In this document: positions 58,267 through 64,000 of the stretch, one piece after another
Layout of the letters: each line of letters opens with the position of its first letter
Numbering within the stretch: position 1 is the stretch's first letter
Source of the DNA: an uncultured Gammaproteobacteria bacterium
GTDB lineage: Bacteria > Patescibacteriota > Patescibacteriia > Magasanikbacterales > UBA922
Reading direction: 5' to 3'
Length of the DNA: 64,000 nt
Assembly: GCA_964597575.1 (NCBI GenBank)
Contig: CAZQXB010000001.1
Span: forward strand, 274,111-338,110
Position numbers and translations under genes: made by a program
The notes under the pieces: model-generated
Told to the model about the DNA's origin: nothing
The model's database searches: none
The model's input: the letters and a program-made list of their open reading frames with translations, nothing else

Positions 58267-61200
58267 ATGAGGTATTATTTTATCTTCGCTTTTCTTTTCT
58301 TTAGTTTTTTTGTACCCCACAAAATTTTAGCGGCTACCTCGGTTACAGGGGATATTCAATCGGACACAACTTGGGTTTTGGCTGGGAGTCCATATATTGT
58401 AGAGAATGAAACGTATGTGCTTCCTGGCGCAACACTACGGATTGAGCCTGGGGTGGTGGTAAAATTACGACGACCATTTAGTGCGCTTTTTGTAACAGGC
58501 TCAATGATTGCTGAAGGAACATCATCTTCGCCAATTTTTTTTACATCATACCGAGATGATAGTGTTGGTGGTGATACCAACGGTGACGGAGCACGTTCTG
58601 TTCCAGCACCTCGCGATTGGGATAAAGTTTTTGTAGGATCAGGTGGACGCGTATCTTTAGCCTACGCAACTATTCGTTATGCTGGGCAATTTGCACCAAG
58701 CGCAGCACTCTACAATAATGGCGGTACAGTGTCTTCAACAGGAAGCACTTTTTCCCAAAGTATTGTTGGGGTGTATGCGGAAGGGGGAACTACTACTATA
58801 CAACGGAGTACATTTTCTGATCAATCAGTTGGATATTATTACGTGCGTGGGGTAACCCACATATCACTCAATCGTTTTTTGAATTTAAGTCGATATGCTT
58901 TCGACAATTCGTTCGGTCGTCCGATTGACGCGCGGTATAACTACTGGGGAAGTGCCTCAGGTCCATTTCATGCAACGGAACATCCTACGGGTACTGGCGG
59001 CGTGATTCATGGCGCTCGTGTACAATTTACGCCTTGGATTGACTTTGATCCTGTGCTCGAATCAGCACGAGGAGTATGTTTCTCGAACTGTCGGAATCCG
59101 GTCATTTTTATTCCGGGGATTATGGGCACTGAGTTTGTGCGACGAGAGGTGAATGGAGATGAGGAGGTGGTGTGGTTAGACATAACAAAAGTTGCGGTAA
59201 GTGATCAGGATTATTTCATGAGGTACCTTAGTTTAGATTTAGTCGGAAATCCTCTTTTTGATAATGTGTTTGCTACGAGTGTTATGCGTTTTAAAAACAT
59301 TCTTCGTACAACAATTTTTAACTATACAGAAAGTTTAATAGGGAATTTAATTGCACAGGGATATCAAGAGAATACAAATCTTTTCTTCTTCCCTTATGAC
59401 TGGCGTTTGAGTAATGCCCATACGGCCCAACTGTTGGCAGCTCGAATAGATGAGGTTCTCGCGCAAACTGGTGCTACTAAAGTAGATATCATTGCCCATA
59501 GTATGGGAGGGCTTGTGGTTAAAGAATATATCCGTACTCACGAGACTGAACCAAAGATAGATAAACTCCTATTTCTAGGTACCCCTCACTTAGGTTCCCC
59601 TGACGCTATTAAAAATCTCCTTTTTGGGGGAGACTTAGGTCTTAAATATAAAGATCACAGCTTTCTCGATCGTACTCGGGTAAAAGAACTTGCGCGAAAT
59701 ATGCGAAGTATTTACGAACTTCTCCCTACAGAGCAGTATTTACAATCGTACGGCTCAGTCGTGAGTGATTTAGAACAAAGAAAAGCGTACGACCATGAAG
59801 AAACAAAATCTTTTTTTGGTGAGCAACATTTAAACATGTTTTTGGTTTGGGGTGCGGAGTCTTTTCACCAGAATTTAGATAACTTTGTTCTCCCAGACAG
59901 TATTGAAAGTTATAGTATCCAAGGGTGTGGAATTCCCACTATTCGACGACTGGTCAAACAGTCACCAAAATTTGGAGAAGTTGAATGGCTTATGCATGTT
60001 GGAAATGGAGACAGTACCGTGCCGCTATCCAGTGCCAGTTTTGTCTCTGTCCCAGAGAGTCATAAAATTACCATTCCAGGTCTGGGCCACTCTGAGATGC
60101 CAAGTGATGATTTGATTCAACCTCTTATTATTAGTTTGTTATCCGGAAATACATCAACTATTCAAGCATCAGTACAGGCATCAAATCACCCAGATCAATG
60201 CGGTCTTCATGGTTCTCTCGTGTCAGTGCATAGCCCTGTAGCGATTTCAGCAACAGATAGTATGGGTCGGTATGTCGGAGCCTCAGTTTCTGGAGGTGTA
60301 GATTTGGGCATACCAGGATCAATGTATGAAGAGCTGGATGGAAATAAGTTTATCTTTTTACCCACAAATGAGAGTGGGGAACCATACATAATTACACTCG
60401 ATGGTATGGCCACAGGAACATTTAATGCTAGGGTTACACGTATTGTTGAAGACATTCCAGAAGAAACAAGTATTTTTATTGATATTCCAGTAACAAGTGA
60501 ATCAGTGGGATCGTTCACACTTCCCTCAGGTGAAGAAGAGTTTTCACCCGTATTAGTGTACGATGAAGAGGGGGGTGGAACCAGTACAAATATCATCCCT
60601 GACGCAACCACAAACGAAGAAGATGAGGGAGATTTTACCCCTCCTACTACAACAATAAGTATTTCTGGCACGGTTGGGGATCATGGTTGGTATAAAAGTG
60701 TGGTGACTCTTGTACCAAGCTCAGTCGATGATGAGAGTGGGGTACTACGAACTATGTACTCAGTTAATGGTGGGTCTACATGGCATGTGTACGCCACACC
60801 CCTTTTAGTGACTGGTGACGGTACTCATACTCTGCAGTATTTTAGTATTGATGCTATAGGTAATAGAGAGGATCCTCGAGAAATCAGATTCTCTATCGAT
60901 CAAACCCCACCAGAAGCAGAGTTTTATTTTGACTCTACAATTCAAGATATGAGAGTACAGGGTACTGATGTGTTAAGCGCTACAACAGTCTCAACTACAC
61001 CGACGACTTATGTAGTACGAGACCAGGCTGGTAACACACTAGAATTGGTGTTTAAAGAGGTTAATAGAAGAATACTCAAGCGAGCTTCTCTCGATCGGCT
61101 TGTCTATAATGGTCAGGTAATACTTCCAAATGCACGTCTGACATCGTTTGTCTGGCTAACAAACACAAGAAATGAGATACTATCCCTGCAGCAAGCTCTG

Positions 61201-61362
61201 CGATATGAAGTGGATGAGGGGTTATATGCGTTGTATACCAAACTCGGGAATCGTACGTTTATTCGAGAAAGAGTAAATTGGAATACGTTCGTTGATCGAT
61301 TTGAGAGTGGGATGAGGGCGTTTCGGTTTAGGACTAATAATGGTTCGATTAACTACTATTGA
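58267..61362 (+). CDS. Secreted multidomain alpha/beta-hydrolase (LCAT/PGAP1-like lipase) with beta-helix and Ig-like domains
   Basis: Signal peptide; PVIFIPGIMGT, PYDWR, AHSMGG, GTPHLGS, GDSTVP, GHSEM; DFTPPTT...DQTPP Ig repeat. Confidence 0.85.
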   Translation: MRYYFIFAFLFFSFFVPHKILAATSVTGDIQSDTTWVLAGSPYIVENETYVLPGATLRIEPGVVVKLRRPFSALFVTGSMIAEGTSSSPIFFTSYRDDSVGGDTNGDGARSVPAPRDWDKVFVGSGGRVSLAYATIRYAGQFAPSAALYNNGGTVSSTGSTFSQSIVGVYAEGGTTTIQRSTFSDQSVGYYYVRGVTHISLNRFLNLSRYAFDNSFGRPIDARYNYWGSASGPFHATEHPTGTGGVIHGARVQFTPWIDFDPVLESARGVCFSNCRNPVIFIPGIMGTEFVRREVNGDEEVVWLDITKVAVSDQDYFMRYLSLDLVGNPLFDNVFATSVMRFKNILRTTIFNYTESLIGNLIAQGYQENTNLFFFPYDWRLSNAHTAQLLAARIDEVLAQTGATKVDIIAHSMGGLVVKEYIRTHETEPKIDKLLFLGTPHLGSPDAIKNLLFGGDLGLKYKDHSFLDRTRVKELARNMRSIYELLPTEQYLQSYGSVVSDLEQRKAYDHEETKSFFGEQHLNMFLVWGAESFHQNLDNFVLPDSIESYSIQGCGIPTIRRLVKQSPKFGEVEWLMHVGNGDSTVPLSSASFVSVPESHKITIPGLGHSEMPSDDLIQPLIISLLSGNTSTIQASVQASNHPDQCGLHGSLVSVHSPVAISATDSMGRYVGASVSGGVDLGIPGSMYEELDGNKFIFLPTNESGEPYIITLDGMATGTFNARVTRIVEDIPEETSIFIDIPVTSESVGSFTLPSGEEEFSPVLVYDEEGGGTSTNIIPDATTNEEDEGDFTPPTTTISISGTVGDHGWYKSVVTLVPSSVDDESGVLRTMYSVNGGSTWHVYATPLLVTGDGTHTLQYFSIDAIGNREDPREIRFSIDQTPPEAEFYFDSTIQDMRVQGTDVLSATTVSTTPTTYVVRDQAGNTLELVFKEVNRRILKRASLDRLVYNGQVILPNARLTSFVWLTNTRNEILSLQQALRYEVDEGLYALYTKLGNRTFIRERVNWNTFVDRFESGMRAFRFRTNNGSINYY

Positions 61363-61365
61363 TGT

Positions 61366-61689
61366 ATGCAGAAAATTTCAACAAGCGTAAAAAGAAATAT
61401 TTTGTTATTTTCAATTTGGTTGGTTGTGGTTCTTTTTCCCCATGTATTTATCTATATTAGAAATGGTAAGCCTCAAACACATTTACCCATAGAATGGGAG
61501 TATTTTTATGAGGCCGTAAGTTTTGCCGGCATTATCGCCATAATCATCTTTGTTATGGCTATGGGAAAAGCAAATAGAAATCTTTTTTCATATATTACGC
61601 TGATTCTCTGCATTCCCGTACTCTGTTTTATAGCGTTGGTCATTATTTATCGTATAGCCGCTCAACAGGCAATGGGAGCCTTTTTTTAA
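61366..61689 (+). CDS. Small 3-TM membrane protein (candidate immunity/partner)
   Basis: Starts 3 bp after the hydrolase; AT-rich; paralogous remnants downstream. Confidence 0.7.
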   Translation: MQKISTSVKRNILLFSIWLVVVLFPHVFIYIRNGKPQTHLPIEWEYFYEAVSFAGIIAIIIFVMAMGKANRNLFSYITLILCIPVLCFIALVIIYRIAAQQAMGAFF

Positions 61690-61791
61690 AGACTCTCAGC
61701 TTAGACGTACGTTAAATTTTGAACGCGGATGCTATGGTTTACTCCGAGTGATACCCCGTCAGCCCCTGTGGGGTAGTTCATTTTTTTGTTT

Positions 61792-62086
61792 ATGAAAAAA
61801 AGTCACTATTGATCTCCGCATGGTTTTTAGTAATTTTATCTCAGGCCGCAATTTTTATAGCGAATTTTTTAATCGGAACACGATTAAACATATTTTGGGA
61901 TCATCTATCGTCCGCAGTTTCAATTGCAGGTTCCTGTATATTTTTCTTGTTTTTTATTTTGTTAGACCGTGTAGAGCGAAATTGGAAATCCTGGGAATGT
62001 TTATTTCTATAATACTCATAGTTTGTTTTTTAGGGGTTTTATATATTTTTAGGGCTGTTGCACGTGATGCAATGGGAGTATTCTAA
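61792..62086 (+). pseudogene. Frameshifted paralog of 61366-61689
   Basis: A7 run after ATG shifts the frame; second shift near 61985; ends RAVARDAMGVF versus RIAAQQAMGAFF. Confidence 0.65.
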
Positions 62087-62136
62087 CTTATGTCACAGAA
62101 GAGGTCCACACCAAAAAGATCGAGCGAATCGACCAG

Positions 62137-62300
62137 TCGAGAACGAGCAAATTGAAGTACATTTACCGACCGGTTTGAGAGTGGCGGGAGAGACTAATCA
62201 TTCACTATGAAAAGAATTAACCTTGAACTAAGCATACTCAGTATCGTGGGCATTATTTTGCCACATGTGTATCTCTCTTTTAGAGAGAAGAGCACGACGA
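62137..62300 (+). pseudogene. Degenerate hydrolase 3' end plus truncated third membrane-protein copy
   Basis: RERAN*STFTDRFESG versus RERVNWNTFVDRFESG; then MKRINLELSILSIVGIILPHVYL versus SIWLVVVLFPHVFI. Confidence 0.6.
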
Positions 62301-63794
62301 CTACTTCTTTCGCGGCAACACGGCTTTCAACCAACCACTCAACCGACTCTTCTGCTTGCCACGAATATGGGCGCGCGCGGTTTGGGTTTTCACGACATTA
62401 ATCCAATCAGGGTTTGGACCTTTGCGATTTTTATCAACGAGAATTTCTACGACATCACCATTTTTGAGTGCAGTTTCGAGACTCGTCAGTTTATCGTTCA
62501 CGATCGCGCCACTACATTTATTTCCGATATCTGAATGAATGTGATACCCAAAATCGATCGGTGTGGCGCCTTCTGGTAAGTCGATGACATCCCCCTTCGG
62601 GGTAAACACGAAAATACGGTCCTGAAGAAAATTCACTTTAATTTCTTCTAAGTCCGAGAGGCCGTTTAATAAGTCTTTTTGAATTTCGGCTAATTCCTTT
62701 ACCCAGCGGAGTTCTTTTTTAGGAATAAGAGCACCGTTCTCATCGTAATGCCAGTGTGCGGCCACACCGTACTCAGCTTCCTCGTGCATTTCTGTGGTAC
62801 GGATTTGAAACTCAATCGTATCTCCATTTTCTAAAAATACGGACGTGTGGAGTGATTTATACCCATTCGGTTTCGGTTGAGAAATATAATCTTTAATACG
62901 CCCTTTGACCGGCTTCCATAATTTATGAAGAACGCCAAGGGCTGCATAACAATCGGCCATGGTGGGCACAATAATCCGGAAAGCAATGAGGTCGTGGATA
63001 TTGGTCACTTCACCTTGTTTGCGCTGAAGTTTCAAAAAGAAACTATAGAGTCTCTTTTTTCGTCCATACAAACTGAGATAGGGGATGCCCGCTTCGGCCA
63101 GTTCTTTCTTAACCAGTTCTTCAATTCTCGTAAATTCTGTTTCTTTGCCGGCCAACTTTTCTTCTTGAATTTTCTTTGTTTTTACGTATTCTTCAGGATA
63201 CACATACTGAAACGACAGGTCTTCAAGTTCACCTTTCATTTCTCCCATACCCAGACGGTTGGCAATTGGAGCGTAAATTTCTAAACTCTCAAGGGCAATG
63301 CGATAGCGTTTGTTCGGGGGCAGGGCGCCGAGCGTTTCCAAATTGTGAATGCGGTCGGCAAATTTAATAATCATGACCCGAATATCTTCGGCCATGGCGA
63401 TAAACATTTTTCGTAAATTCTCAATGTAGCGCTCCACGCCACGGTATTTTAATTTTCCAAGCTTGGTAATACCATTTACAAGGTTCATGATTTCGCTCCC
63501 GAATTCTTTTTCAATATCTTCAAGTGTAGTCGAAGTGTCTTCTGGTACATCATGAAGAAGGGTCGCCATGACAAGAACTGGGTCAATACGCATTCCGGCT
63601 AAGCGGTGCGCGGCTGCAAGCGGGTGAATGATATAGGGCTCTCCAGATTTACGAAACTGACCTTCATGAGCCCGCGCTGCGAATTCGTAGGCGCGCCGCA
63701 CTTTTTGAATATCAAAAGACTTCGGAGTATACCCCTCAATAATCTGAATAAGAGTCTCGATCGTTTGCGGATTTGGTTGTGGGGTGCTCGGCAT
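62301..63794 (-). CDS. RelA/SpoT homolog (HD + synthetase + TGS only)
   Basis: RKSGEPYIIHP, LLHDVPED, KFADRIHN, PKPNGYKSLHT, EFQIRT, VFTPKG TGS; no ACT domain. Confidence 0.95.
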   Translation of the reverse strand: MPSTPQPNPQTIETLIQIIEGYTPKSFDIQKVRRAYEFAARAHEGQFRKSGEPYIIHPLAAAHRLAGMRIDPVLVMATLLHDVPEDTSTTLEDIEKEFGSEIMNLVNGITKLGKLKYRGVERYIENLRKMFIAMAEDIRVMIIKFADRIHNLETLGALPPNKRYRIALESLEIYAPIANRLGMGEMKGELEDLSFQYVYPEEYVKTKKIQEEKLAGKETEFTRIEELVKKELAEAGIPYLSLYGRKKRLYSFFLKLQRKQGEVTNIHDLIAFRIIVPTMADCYAALGVLHKLWKPVKGRIKDYISQPKPNGYKSLHTSVFLENGDTIEFQIRTTEMHEEAEYGVAAHWHYDENGALIPKKELRWVKELAEIQKDLLNGLSDLEEIKVNFLQDRIFVFTPKGDVIDLPEGATPIDFGYHIHSDIGNKCSGAIVNDKLTSLETALKNGDVVEILVDKNRKGPNPDWINVVKTQTARAHIRGKQKSRLSGWLKAVLPRKK

Positions 63795-63806
63795 ACCAGG
63801 AAAGGG

Positions 63807-64000
63807 TTATGCGGTCTTCCGGCGGCGTTTTGTGGCAGGTTTTTTCGAAGCCAAAAGATCAAGTGCTTTTTCAAGGGTAAGTTCTTCCTGAGTCATTTCT
63901 TTCGGAAGTGAGATAAACGTTCTCGTGCCATTTGAAATATATGGTCCATATCGACCGTCAAGAAGTTGGATTGGCTTTTCTGTTTTTGGATCAACTCCAA
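63807..64000 (-). CDS. topA: 3' end of DNA topoisomerase I (C-terminal repeat)
   Basis: GVDPKTEKPIQLLDGRYGPYIS...SLPKEMTQEELTLEKALDLL plus basic tail. Confidence 0.8.
   Translation of the reverse strand, partial: GVDPKTEKPIQLLDGRYGPYISNGTRTFISLPKEMTQEELTLEKALDLLASKKPATKRRRKTA

Overview
Chromosomal segment of a Patescibacteria/CPR bacterium, using the standard genetic code. The assignment rests on Parcubacteria-type 16S primer-site substitutions, a stand-alone 16S gene, no rpmD in the spc operon and core genes without Shine-Dalgarno sites. Most of the window is housekeeping: split str operon, tuf-S10-spc ribosomal protein cluster, 16S rRNA, four tRNAs, a probable 6S RNA, queA/tgt, tRNA synthetases, scpAB, parAB, a short rel and the 3' end of topA. 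Four less ordinary things stand out. (1) Ribosome-dependent leader-peptide attenuators: a Met-rich leader (MRQRENNMMMYMMAFGMLEFFAA) before a DUF62 SAM hydrolase, a Trp leader before a YbdK/GCS2-like ligase, and a third Thr/Cys-rich leader before orphan ORFs. (2) A class of GC-rich orphan genes with strong SD sites. (3) An island of such genes at 51.8-56.2 kb in which two unrelated lipoprotein genes share a covarying 5' RNA structure and a near-identical 3' UTR. (4) A secreted lipase-family gene followed by decaying duplicated '3' end + small membrane protein' modules. All calls are from manual reading; no database searches or folding programs were run.
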